Assembly: GCA_038087875.1 (NCBI GenBank)
Contig: CM075991.1
Span: forward strand, 8,682,001 to 8,746,000
From: Malacoraja senta
Lineage: Eukaryota
DNA: 64,000 nucleotides
Direction of reading: 5' to 3'
Every line of letters begins with the position of its first letter. Position 1 is the first letter of the stretch. Shown one piece after another: positions 48,433-60,070 of the stretch. Position numbers and translations under genes: made by a program. Below the pieces are notes generated by a model that was not told where the DNA came from, did not search any database, and saw only the letters and a list, made by a program, of their open reading frames with translations.

Positions 48433-49286
48433 ACTTGTGAACATAACATCCAGCACATATGGGGGATATGGGGGGGAAACAGTGTGACTGTACAAATCCC
48501 ACAGAGACATCATCAGAGGTCAGGATGAAATCCAGGCCTCAAAGGCAATGTGAAGCAATCATTCCACTAGTTGCTGCCCAACATGCGGGTATTATCATCA
48601 GCTCCAGACATTACCGTTCCAGAATTCCCAGGATCATCTCATCTACGGAATTCGGACAACAACTCCAAGTTCACCAGACGTGCACCCTTGGTGAAAAGGT
48701 GAGATCATTATATGAATGCTAGGAAGTGTGATGTGGCTGTCAGTGTTGATTTGCTGGCTGTTTGTGGAAGCTGGGAGATATTAAAAGTAGACAAAAATGC
48801 TGGAGAAACTCAGCGGGTGAGGCAGCGTCTATGGAGCGAAGGAATAGGTGACGTTTCTCCAGCATTTTTGTCTACCTTCGATTTCTCCAGCATCTGCAGT
48901 TCTTTCTTAAACACTAGGAGATATTAATGTGTTATTTGCTGGCTTTACATTGCACTAAACGTTATTCCCTTATCATGTATCTATACAGCGTAAATGGCTC
49001 GAATGTAATCATGTATTGTCTTTCTGCTGACTGGATAGCATGCAACAAAAGCTTTCCACTGTACCTCGTTACACGTGACAATAAACTAAACTGTACTGTA
49101 AGCTGTACTGTTATAGCAATGGTGCTAATTGTGGGGTTATGAACATTAAGTCCTAATGAGTCTTAACTGTTAGAGGCAAATTGAGTAGCGGCCGATGCTC
49201 GAAGTGGGACCGGACTCTAATCCCCGACTGGAACACAGAGGTCATTAACACGTGTGTATCACTCCATCCAAATCCTAGCCAGATTG

Positions 49287-49580
49287 AGGGGTGGCATGGT
49301 GGTGCAACAGTAGAGTTCCTGCCTTGCAGTGCCAGAGACCCGGGTTTGTCCCTGACTTTATGGAGTTTGTACATTTTTCCCGTGACCGCGTGGGTTTTCT
49401 CCGGGCACTCTGGTTTCCTCCCACACTCCAAAGACGTACAGGTTTGTAGGTTAATTGGCTTCGGTATAATTGTAAATTGTCCCCAGTGTGTAGTGCGTGC
49501 TAGTGTAACAGGGATTGCTGGTCGGCACGGACTCGGTGGGCTGAAGGGCCTGTCCTCATGCTATATCTCTAAATGAAACT
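49287..49580 (+). mobile_element. HE1/V-SINE-type SINE
   Basis: Head-core-tail structure; MITE immediately after the tail. Confidence 0.88.
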
Positions 49581-49582
49581 TA

Positions 49583-49813
49583 AGGGCCTGTCCCACTTTC
49601 ACAACCTAATTCACGACCATTTTTACTCGTGGACATTTTTCATCAGGCTTGAAAAACGCCCCCGACCTACTTGATGCCACGAGTACCTACGACGAGCATC
49701 ACGGCCTGCTACGACCTACCTATGACCTCCTACGACCCCGTGACGACCATGCTGCGAGTTTGAGTCAAGGGCAAACTCGGCAGAGGTCGTGAATTAGGTC
49801 GTGAAAGTGGGAC
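49583..49813. mobile_element. PIF/Harbinger-type MITE, right TIR tip deleted
   Basis: TTA then AGGGCCTGTCCCACTTTCAC.ACCTAATTCACGACC ... GGTCGTGAATTAGGTCGTGAAAGTGGGAC. Confidence 0.82.
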
Positions 49814-50549
49814 TTAATCCTCCAGCACTATCTTGTGCTTCCCACCAACAGAGATCTGATGCACCCAAACAAGAAACAGCACTTCCTGACTGCAGACAGC
49901 ATTCAATTGAATAGGCAGCTCGGAGTTGGTGATGTGGGGATCAGGGCAACAAGCATACTGATCAATAGGTACAGTTCGATCGTGCAGCTTAACACTTGTT
50001 CCATCTGAGGTCGGGAAGAGATCCAAGTTACTCCCCAGCATCTTCAGTTATTAAATGGTGTAATGACCTTATCAGCATTTCTTGGAAGCAACTATAATTA
50101 CTGGAAGGCAATTGTGCTGTTAAAATATGATAATGCAACACTGACCTGACATCCACTTCCTGTGTGAACAATTGTGTTTAAGTTAAGATCGATATTATTC
50201 GAGCAACTTGTTATGACATTGCAAGGCTTCCAGCTCAGGTTAGAGTAGAAAAGCAATGCGCCATCATAGCTGGAACAGTATGTAACAATTGCTAAACAAT
50301 GAACATGTTTTTCTCCAAGGCACATATAATTCCAGCGATTATTTAAAGTTGGAGTACTTTAGCAGCAGCTTTCTTCTTTAGAAGACACCAATGCTGTCTG
50401 GAGAGTGTATCTTAATTCACTCACGTATGGATATTGCTTACACGGTCAGTATTTATTGTCCTTAAGAAGGCAGTAATATTGAGCCACTTTGTTGAACCAG
50501 CTGGAGATGGTGCTTCCACAGTGCAATTGGATAAAGAGATCAAGGATGG

Positions 50550-50778
50550 TGACAATAGACAATAGACAATAGACAATAGGTGCAGGAGTAGGCCATTCGT
50601 CCCTTCGAGCCAGCACCGACATTCAATGTGATCATGGCTGATCATCCCCAATCAGTACCCCGTTCCTGCCTTCTCCCCATATCCCCTGACTCCGCTATTT
50701 TTAAGAGCCATATCTAGCTCTCTCTTAAAAGCATCCAGAGAACCTGCCTCCACCGCCCTCTGAGGCAGAGAATTCCAC
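50550..50778 (-). mobile_element. CR1-type LINE 3' end, (CTATTGT)n tail
   Basis: Reverse complement of the subfamily seen at 15847 and 42960. Confidence 0.9.
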
Positions 50779-50919
50779 CTAATGGTGACAAGGGAATTGT
50801 GATTAGTTCAGTTTAGTTTTAAAGATACAACACGGAAACAGGTCCCCACACACTAACACTATCCTACACACACTAGGGACAATTTACAATTATACCAAGC
50901 CAATTAACCTACAGACCTG

Positions 50920-51115
50920 AAAATACACACAAAATGCTGGAGTAACTCAGCGGGACAGGCAGCATCTCTGGAGAGAAGGAATGGGCGCGGTTTCGGGTCG
51001 AGACCCTTCTCACAATGTCACACATTTCTTCTCTCCAGAGATGCTGCCTGTCCCGCTGAGTTACTCCAGCATTTTGTGTCTATCTTCAGTTTAAACCAGC
51101 AATTCCTTCCGACAC
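50920..51115. mobile_element. PLE-derived fold-back mini-element inserted in an HE1 SINE
   Basis: Inverted arms; AACCTACA(GA/AG)CCTG on both flanks (50906, 51116). Confidence 0.8.
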
Positions 51116-51130
51116 AACCTACAAGCCTGT

Positions 51131-51472
51131 AGCAGGAAAAATGTTCCTGATGTTGGGGGAGTCCAGAAGCAGGGTTCACAGTTTAAGAATAAGGGGTAGG
51201 CCATTTAGGACTGAGAGGAGAAAACACTTTTTCCCCGCAAAGAGTTGTGAATCTGTGGAATTCTCTGCCACAGAAGGCAGTGGAGGCTAATTCACTGAAT
51301 GTTTTCAAGAGAGAGTTAGATTTAGCTCTCAGGGCTAACGGAATCAAGGGATATGGGGAGAAAGCAGGAACGGGGTACTGATACCGGATGATCAGCCATG
51401 GTCATATTGAATGGCGGTGCTTGCTCGAAGGGCCGAATGGCCTACTCTCGCACCTGTTTTCTTCGTTTCTAT
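51131..51472 (+). mobile_element. CR1-type LINE 3' fragment inserted in the same HE1 SINE
   Basis: AGKMFLMLGESRSRVHSLRIRGRPFRTE...RVVNLWNSLPQKAVEA plus 3'UTR. Confidence 0.9.
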
Positions 51473-51513
51473 GTATGTCTTTGGAGTGTGGGAGGAAACT
51501 GGAGATCATGGAG

Positions 51514-51870
51514 GACAGATGGCGCAATGGGCTAATTGTTCGGCTGGCAACCGGAAGGTAGCCGGTTCGAATCCCGCTTGGAGTGCATACTGTCGTTGTG
51601 TCCTTGGGCAAGACACTTCACCCACCTTTGCCTGCGTGTAAATGTGTGTGAATGTGTGTGAATGTGTGTGAGTGATTGGTCGTGGTCGGAGGGGCCGTAG
51701 GCGCAGATTAGCAGCCACGCTTCCGTCAGTCTGCCCCAGGGCAGCTGTGGCTACACAAGTAGCTCACCACCACCAAGTGTGACTGAGGAGTGAATGAATA
51801 ATGCGATGTAAAGCGCCTTGAGTATTAGAAAGGCGCTATATAAATCCCATCCATTATTATTATTATTATT
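51514..51870 (+). mobile_element. tRNA-derived CORE-SINE with L2-type tail (resembles the teleost AFC SINE family)
   Basis: A box TGGCGCAATGG (51520), B box GGTTCGAATCC (51564), CORE-like GTGTCCTTGGGCAAGACACTT, body GTCAGTCTGCCCCAGGGCAGCTGTGGCTAC, tail GTAAAGCGCCTTGAG...AAAGGCGCTATATAAAT(ATT)n; TSD ATGGAG. Confidence 0.85.
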
Positions 51871-52489
51871 ATGGAGAAAATCCACGAGAGGCAAGGAGAG
51901 GCTAAGATGCCTGGAACTAGGTGCCAGTCCCAAAATAAGGCATAGACCATTTAGGACAAAGATGAGAAGATATTTCTTCACACAGACGTGGTAGATCCTA
52001 TGGAGGCTCAGTTGCTAAGTGTTCTCAAGGCAGAGATCAATAGAGGGAGTCAGGGGAGATGAGGCTAATGCAGGAACTGGCAAAGAGGTGAAAGATCAAC
52101 CATGATTGTATTGAACGGCAGAGGGAACACAAGGGGGCTAAGCAACCAGCTCCTACATCTATCTTATATTCCTAATGCATTCCTCATGCTTTATTATCCA
52201 CAGGTCACTTTTGAGAGTTGTTGGAGTTGTATTCATCTAATCCAGAGGAGAATATTCCAATCTACTCTTGACATTTGGCTGTGGTTTCATGGAGCACAGG
52301 ACACCATCTAACTGTTCTTGCAGACACCAAGATGTAGCTGGTCCTTTTATGTTTCCAGCCCTCAATTGAGGAAGGTTTTTTTTATTATTTAAGAAAAGCA
52401 GAAGACATCCAAACCACTGAGAATGTCCTCTTTGCTTTCAGACAAAAGTTATTACGTTGAGGCTGGCACCTGGTTCCACACATCCTAGC

Positions 52490-52882
52490 CCCCTCCACTG
52501 CCTTCTGTGGCAGAGAATTCCACAGATTCACAACTCTCTGGGTGAAACATGTCCCAGCTACACTAGTGCCACCTGCCCACAAGGGTGTTTGGTCCATATC
52601 CCTCCAAACCAGTCCTATTCATGTACCTGTCTAACTGTTTCTTAAATGTTGAAGATAGACCCTCCACTACCTCCTCTGGCAACTTGCTCATTACACCCAC
52701 CACCCCTTCTGTGAAAAAGTTACCCCTCAGATTCCTATTAAATCTTTTCGCTTTCACCTTAAACCCATGTCCTCTGGTCCTTAATTCACCTACTCTGGGC
52801 AAGAGACTCTGTGCATCTACCCGATCTATTCCTCTCATGATTTTATGCACCTCTTTGAGATCACCCCTTCATCCTCCTGCGC
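52490..52882 (-). mobile_element. CR1/HER1-type LINE 3' fragments
   Basis: HKIMRGIDRVDAQSLLPRVGELRTRGHGFKVKAKRFNRNLRGNFFT. Confidence 0.88.
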
Positions 52883-53019
52883 TCCTGATTGTCAAGTTGC
52901 TGAATTATTCATCCCTGAATGGAGCATTCGAGTTGTTTGGCTGATGCATGTCTGAGCTTAGGTGGAAGAACAGATCTGAACAGCTTGCTAGAAAGTGTAT
53001 AGCCTTTGGAATTGATTTT

Positions 53020-53024
<5 letters not shown>

Positions 53025-53070
<46 letters not shown>
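53025..53070. repeat. (TG)n(TA)n compound microsatellite
   Basis: Direct dinucleotide repeats. Confidence 0.97.
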
Positions 53071-53158
53071 CTGTGGGGAAACCTGGAATAGAGAGTTTTC
53101 AAATGGTGGTCGAGGGAAAGAATATTTGTTTTTTCAAGTGAAAGTACTGAAAAAGCCT

Positions 53159-53284
53159 CAATGTTCAAGAAGGATGCTGGAAAATCGAAGGTAGACAAAA
53201 ATTGCTGGAGAAACTCAGCGGGTGCGGCAGCATCTATGGAGCGAAGGAAATAGGCAACGTTTTGGGCCGAAACCCTTCTTCAGA
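53159..53284 (-). mobile_element. PLE-terminus-derived single-arm mini-element
   Basis: Element begins at the hammerhead CTGAAGA (minus); perfect 17-bp TSD AAGTACTGAAAAAGCCT at 53142 and 53288. Confidence 0.85.
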
Positions 53285-53859
53285 GTGAAGTACTGAAAAA
53301 GCCTATGGATAGGGGTGGAAAAGGCTGGTTGGGTAGTCTAGGCCAAGATGGATGTGAGGTGCTACCTGGCCTTGCATGGAATAGCAGGACTGAGGAAGTT
53401 CGACTAGCTTCAATGTGAAGTTTTTGCTGCCTCAAGATTGTTCGGTACAAGACGAGTAGCCCAATTTCCTGAGGGCCTGGCCTTCTGCTAATTACTGGAT
53501 AGCCAGAGGCGAGCTTTCATGTTGGCAAAGAGAATAGTTTGAAGTGCAGAGTAAGCGCGCTATCAATCACTCGCTCAGTGGAACTACCTACATTACAACA
53601 TAAATGCTCACCAACATACTGTATCAACTGGAGCGGGACCCAAACTGCTGGGCACAAAGTCAGGCAACATCTCTGGAGAAAAGGAATAGGTGACGTTTTG
53701 AGTCTTCAGACTTCTTTAACTGGAGATATTTCCGCAGACAAGCACGGCACCAAGGTACCAGATGCAAAACATAGCCCTTGCATTCAAAGTTTGGTGAGAT
53801 CCATAAGGTTCAGTAATTTTTTTTTTAGATAGATGTTTCTTAGATTTCTTGCCCTGCTG

Positions 53860-54142
53860 TTTAGTTTAGTTTAGTTTAGAGATACAGCATGGAAACGGGC
53901 CCTTCGGCCCACCGAGTCTGTGCCTACCAGCGATCCCAACACATTAACACTACCCAACACACACTAGGGACAATTTTACATTTATACCAAGCCAATTAAC
54001 CTACAAACCTGAACATGTTTGGAATGTGGGAGGAAACCAAAGATCTCGGAGTAAACCCATGCAGGTCACGGGGAGAATGTACAACTCCGCACAGACAAGC
54101 ATCCATAGTCAGTGTCGAACCCGGGTCTCTGGCGCTGTAAGC
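53860..54142 (-). mobile_element. HE1/V-SINE-type SINE (head truncated)
   Basis: (TTTAG)n tail, core and B box in reverse complement. Confidence 0.88.
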
Positions 54143-54451
54143 AATGATGTGTATAGGTGATGATGCTTTCATTTGTGGTATCCTCTGCAACATCAACCGT
54201 GAGACCATCCATCGTACAAGCCAACTAAACAGCTTGCACTGTAGCACTGTTGAAAAGCACAAGACACAAGACAAGAAACCCAAGTACAATAGCTGGTAGT
54301 GCTGTTGCCTCACAGCGCCATAGAACCAGGTTCAAACCTTGACCTCCGGAACTGTCTGTGTGGAGTTTGCACGTCCTCCCTGCGAGAGCGTGGGTTTCTT
54401 CCGGGTGCTCCAGTTTCCTCCCACATCGCAAAGACATGTGGGTTTATAAGT

Positions 54452-54702
54452 CGTTTAAGAACTGCAGATGCTGGAAAATCGAAGGTAGACAAAAGTGCTG
54501 GAGAAACTCAGCGGGTGCAGCAGTATCTATGGAGCGAAGGAAATAGGCAACGTTTCGGGCCGAAACCCGGAAGGGTTTCGGCCCGAAACGTTGCCTATTT
54601 CCTCCAGTCTGAAGAAGGGTTTCGTCCCGAAACGTTGCCTATTTCCTTCGCTCCATAGATGCTGCCTCACCCGCTGAGTTTCTCCAGCACTTTTGTCTAC
54701 CT
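54452..54702. mobile_element. PLE-derived fold-back mini-element, composite subfamily, inserted in an HE1-like SINE
   Basis: Same junction as 6069-6320; TGGGTTTRTAAGT on both flanks. Confidence 0.85.
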
Positions 54703-55107
54703 TGGGTTTGTAAGTTAGTTGGCTGCTGAGACATTCCCGTTAATCAACCCTTTCATGCCTGTTCTCCTGAAAGCTAAGTTGTATTTGCCTCCCAATTCTG
54801 ATGACGGGTTCCAGATCTGAAACGCTAACTCTTCCTTTTCCCACAGATGCTGCCTTTTATGTACTTGTTTTATTTTGGATTTCCACCATCTGCAGCTCTC
54901 CCCCCCCCTCTGACCAGTACCAGGCTTCCATAGAACTCTACCGTACAGCCTTGATGGCTGTCTTGAGTTTTATACTTTGGGGAAAATCTGACACCTTTTG
55001 AAATCTATTACATCGCTGCCCTTCAGGTCCTTTTTGAGTTGTACACTCCAGGTCGAGGAGAGTCTCCCCTCCTTTATTTGTAAGTGAAGAATCATCTTTT
55101 TGGGCAG

Positions 55108-55420
55108 GGGCGGAACGGTGGCGCAGCAGTAGAGTTTCTGCCTTACAGCACCAGAGACCCGGGTTCGATCCTGACTGCGGGTACCTGTCTGTACGGAGTT
55201 TGTACGTTCTCCCCGTGACCTGTGTGGGTTTTCTCAGAGTTCTTCAGTTTCTTCTCACACTCCAAAGAGGTAGAGGTTTGTAGGTTAACTGGCTTGGTAT
55301 AAAATGTAAAATTGTCCCTAGTGTGCATCGGGTAGTGTTAATGTGCGGGGATTGCTGATCGGCGCGGACTCGGTGGGCTGAAGGGCCTGTTTCCGCACTG
55401 TATCTCTCAACTAAACCAAA
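55108..55420 (+). mobile_element. HE1/V-SINE-type SINE, full length
   Basis: GGGCGGAACGGTGGCGCAGCAGTAGAG head, B box, core and tail. Confidence 0.92.
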
Positions 55421-55463
55421 GATGACTCTTCACCAATGTCCAACAGCGAAGATCTCCAACAAC

Positions 55464-55730
55464 GAATTCAATGTTCAAGCCTGGAGGCTTGAACATTGAA
55501 TTCTCCCAATTCTGCTAGCCCTTGCTGTCCCCTCCCCTTCATCAGCCATCTGGTTGTCTCCTCCCCTCCCCCAGCCCTCGGGCTCCTCCTCCGCCTTTTT
55601 CCTTTTTTCCTTTCTTCTCCCCACCCCCTATCAGTCTGAAGAAGGGTTTCGGCCCGAAACGTTACCTATTTCCTTCACTCCATAGATGCTGCTGCACCCG
55701 CTGAGTTTCTCCAGCATTTTTGTGTACCTA
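55464..55730 (+). mobile_element. Penelope-like element 3' end with 5' hairpin inversion
   Basis: GAATTCAATGTTCAAGCCT-GG-AGGCTTGAACATTGAATTC hairpin; GGLNIEFSQFC*; hammerhead-like core at 55636-55663; CGAAGATCTC on both flanks. Confidence 0.85.
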
Positions 55731-57019
55731 CGAAGATCTCACCACTCAATCTCTTGCCTGCACTCTTCCTCTCTCTGGATTTCATACGATTGTGACTGAA
55801 TGGCCTGCTCCCTTTAGTGTTAATACACTGCAGGAGAAGTAAAGGCATGATAATAGTATATCGAGGATCAGGAAAGGGAATCTCAGAGGATACAAGAACG
55901 ACAGTCTTATCAATATAAGAGACAAGAAAAGGTCAATAGAAGAAAGGGCCCTCTGCACAGCTAATAGAAGTGAAAGAAAATCATTTTTACCGGAAATCTC
56001 CAAGGCACTGTGTAAATTCCCCTCTCTGTCCTTGCTTTCAGCTAAAATCTATAGACCTTCAAAACCCACACTCGTAGCTAATGACTGCAATCATCTTGCA
56101 CTGTTGATGAGTGAGGTGACCTTGATTTGCCCGTACTCCATTTGGAAAGGAATGTTAAATGATATTTTCAGCTGTGAAACCACTGCTAATCGAATTGTTT
56201 TCTCCAAGAGCTGGAGGTAATGTATCCCAGGATCCCCATAGCTCCCGTCCTGATTACACCTCGAGTCTGAACACGAACTCAACACGATTATGTCAATATG
56301 TTGGCCTCAGGAGCTGTCTGGGTGGAGTTGGCACGTTCTCGCTGTGACTGGCATGGGTTTCCTCCAGGGTGCTTCAGTTTCCTCCCACATCCCAAAGATG
56401 TGTGGGTTGGAAGGATACTTGGCCTCTGGAAATTGCACCTGATGTGTGTAGGGAGTGGGTGCCCCTCACCACCACAGTGTGGATTCTTCAGATCAACTAT
56501 GCTTAAGGACCTGCTCCAAAAGTCAACAACGGAGGGCTCATCAGCAACGGGTTGAGATGATTAACATCTGAAGGAGCACCAGAGATCTCCTCTGACGAGG
56601 TCATCTTTGCAATGAGCTTCCTTGATTCCATTCTACATTGTACCACCACCCAGTTAGAGTTGAATATGTCAGAAGGAGATGCTAGTTTAATGGGTGATGT
56701 TTTGGGTCGAGACACTTCTTCAGGCTGTCCATTTGTTCTATGTGCCTTCTATATCTCGTTTCCCTCCCCCACCCTCCCCATCATGGAACGTCACCCATTC
56801 CTAAACTAAACATGGCATTGGCATCATTTGGGCACAGAATCCCCGCCCCCAGCCCGCCCCAATAATTTAAATAGACTTGATGGACAAGGGAAACTAAATC
56901 ATACCAGTCAAAGTTTGGTTCACCATGTCAAAGCCAATGTAGGGTGACATAGCACAGATGAAGACACCAATTAATCCTGATTATCTGAACGTTCAGTTTA
57001 CACTTACAGTGTTCACTAA

Positions 57020-57315
57020 AACCGTCGCAGCTGTAGAGTTACTGCCTCGCAGCGCCGGAGACCCGGTTCGATCCCGACTACGGGCGCTGTCTGTACGGAG
57101 TTTTGTACGTTCTCCCCGTGACCGCGTGGGTTTTCTCCCAGATCTTCGGTTTCCTCCCAGGCTCCAAAGACATACAGGTTTGTAGGTAACTTGGCTGTGT
57201 ATAAGTGTAAATTGTCACTAGTGCATGCAGGATAGTGTTAATGTGCCGGGATCACTGGTCGGTGTGACTCGGTGGGCTGAAGGGCCTGGTTCTGCGCTGT
57301 ATCTCTAAACTAAAA
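57020..57315 (+). mobile_element. HE1/V-SINE-type SINE
   Basis: B box, core and tail. Confidence 0.88.
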
Positions 57316-57867
57316 CACAGATAACAATTCTGTTTTATTTTGCACCAACCTTTGTTCCTTTCCCATCCCCCCCCCCCTCCCCCCACCACCAATCGGACTG
57401 ACAAACCTTTTAAACATTTGATAAATGAACTTACTGTTTTGTTAGTTCCTTCAAGAACCCTAGTCTCAGCCTCATTCTCTCAGAACAACATCCCACTGGA
57501 GTAGCTTTGCTATCTTCCAAACACTGTGGTTTGTAACCTTCTGAAGGTCATCTTCTGAGGCTGTATAATGTTGTAATTGCATCTTCTGGAACACAAGTGC
57601 GAAATAGGCCCCAATGGACACTTTAACAAGATCTTTTTTAATATCAAATCAGAGGCCTCTCAGCGTGTGTTTGGCTGCTTATTGAGACCACACAAAAGAC
57701 ACTTTGCTTAGAGTTAATTGACATGGGGCAGCAGTTAGGAGTAAGTGTAGACCGCTGGACAATGAACAAACTGTTAAAGAAATCATGGTAGCCACTAATT
57801 GACCCAAATAGGTAATTTATCAACTCCCATTTACAAATTAGCTAAACACAAAGTGCTGGAGTATCTC

Positions 57868-58175
57868 AGTGGTGCAGCGGGAGAGTCACTGCTGTACAGC
57901 GCCAGAGACCCGGGTTCGATCCCGACTACGGGTGCTGTTCGCACGGAGTTTGTACGTTCTCCCTGTGTCTGCGTGGGTTTTCTCTGGGTACTCTAGTTTG
58001 CTCCCACACTCCAAAGACGTACAGGTTTGTAGGTTAATTGGCTTTGGATTTTAAAAATGGTAAAGTGTCCCTAGTGTCTAGGGTGTAGCTAAATGTACGG
58101 GGTGATCACTAGGGCCGGCACAGACTCTGTGGGCCAAAGGGCCTGTTTCTGTGCTGTATCTCTACAATAAATAAA
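57868..58175 (+). mobile_element. HE1/V-SINE-type SINE inserted in a PLE terminus
   Basis: PLE end CACAAAGTGCTGGAGTA|ACTCAGCGGGTCAG is split around the SINE. Confidence 0.85.
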
Positions 58176-58489
58176 CTCAGCGGGTCAGTCAACATCTGTG
58201 GCGGCTATCGATAGATGGCATCTCAGGTCAGGACCCTCCTTCAGCCAACGTAGCTAGATTTGTTTTCCTTATATTACATTGCTGGTTCATTTTGCTATGC
58301 ACCATCTGATCATTTCATCTACACAGCACAGAATGTTTTATTTTTTTTGCTAAACCTTACAGATGCCAGAAATCTAAAAATAAACATTCGGGATACTCAG
58401 CAAGTCAGTCAGCATCTGTTCGAGAGGGAGACAAGGTAAAAAAATTATAGTCAACGATCTTCATTTTAAGTTCTCTCTGGTCTTAGAAT

Positions 58490-58800
58490 TTAGATTAGTT
58501 TAGAGATACAGCGTGGAAACATGTCCTTCGGCCCATCGCGTCCACACTGACCAATGATCACCCAAACAGTATTTGTGTTACCCCAGTTTCGTATCCTACA
58601 CACTAGGGGCAATTTACAGAAGCCAATTAACCTACAAACCTGCCGTCCTTAGAATGTGGGAGGAAACCAGTGCACCCGGAGAAAATCCCAGTGGTCACAG
58701 GGAGAACGTACAAACTCCGTAGAGACAGCACCCGTGGTCAGGATCGAACCCAGGTCTCTGACACTGTAAGGCAGCAAATCTACCGCTGCACCACTGTGCC
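58490..58800 (-). mobile_element. HE1/V-SINE-type SINE
   Basis: Reverse complement of head-core-tail. Confidence 0.87.
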
Positions 58801-58899
58801 GTCTCAATTGTTTTCTTCTAAAGAAGATCCCCAGTATTTCCCAGGCTTGTTAATGATCACTGGAGGTGAAATGCTAACTCCGTTCCCCCCCTCCGGCAC

Positions 58900-60070
58900 A
58901 CAGCCCGTTGTGAAGATCCAGCATTAGCCAGGTGCCAAACACTTAAACCTTCCTTCCAACTCTGACCTTTCAGTCCTGGGCATCCTCCACTGCCTGAGTG
59001 AGGCCAAACGCAAATTGGAGGAATAGCACCTCATAGTTCGGTGTGTAAAGGTCCTGTCCCACTTACGCGACCTTGGCTCGCAAATTACGAGACCTCGCGG
59101 TCGCTTGAGGCGTACGGGCACCGTCTGGTCGCGCGGGGCCGGTCCCACTTAGAAGCGCGGAGGGGTATGGAGTTGAGCGGGGCTGGTCCCGACATTGCGC
59201 GGGGCTCCGAAATTCCTGCAGTAACCAAAATCTTTGCGCGTCAACGGCCTGCCGGCCCGTGTACGCACGCAGGTATTGTGGTCGTATTGTGGTCGTACGC
59301 AGCGTCTTGACGCCGTATGCGGCGTCGTGACGGCGTACGCCTAGCGCGTGGCGTTGCGTGATGACGTCACCGCCTGGCATGGCGTTGTGTGATGACATCA
59401 CCGCCCGACGCCGTGCGATGCCCAAATTCAGTCGGCCAGCCTCCTGCCCAGCTGATTTGTAAGCATGACGTAAATGACGTCACGCGCGGACTTTGCGCGA
59501 CCTCTGCTTCCGGTTGGCCGTGCCAAACGCACGCAATCGCATGCAAGTGGGACAGGCCCTTAACTAACAACCCAGTGGTATGAATATTGATTTATCTAAC
59601 TGCAAGTAACCCTTGCATCCCCTCTCTCTCCTTCCCTCCCCTACCCTAGTTTCACTGTCATCCTGCTGAGTTTCAATATTTGTATCACCCGTTATCACAT
59701 TTCCCACAGCCAACAATGGACCATTGTGGGCTCCACCTTTCCTTGATCATTGTTGCTTTTTGCACATCTGTCATTCATTTGTTCTATGTGTTGAAAGGAA
59801 CTGCAGGTGCTGGTTTAAACCGAAGATAGACGCAAAATGCTGGAGTAACTCAGCGGGACAGGCAGCATCTCTGGAGGGAAGGAATGGGTGACGTTTCGGG
59901 TCGAAACCCTTCTTCAGACTGTTCATTTGTTCTATGTACCTTCTATATCTCTCGTCTCCCTCTCCTCCTGACTTGAAGAAGGGCCTCGAGCCGAAACATC
60001 GCCTATTCCCTTTTACCAGAGATGCTGCCTGACCCGCTGAGTTACTCCAGCTGTTCGTGTCCACCTTCAG
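58900..60070 (+). mobile_element. Penelope-like element ORF end and pLTR, interrupted by a MITE (59049-59560) and a PLE mini-element (59790-59921)
   Basis: SDLSVLGILHCLSEAKRKLEE*HLI, then after the MITE QPSGMNIDLSNCK*; pLTR; inner insert has a 16-bp TSD TTCATTTGTTCTATGT. Confidence 0.8.
59049..59560. mobile_element. PIF/Harbinger-type MITE, 512 bp, CpG-rich
   Basis: TIR AGG(T/G)CCTGTCCCACTT; TAA TSD on both sides. Confidence 0.92.

Noticed and set aside
57435..57585. Minus-strand internal coding exon
   Set aside because: Good splice signals but stops in all three frames
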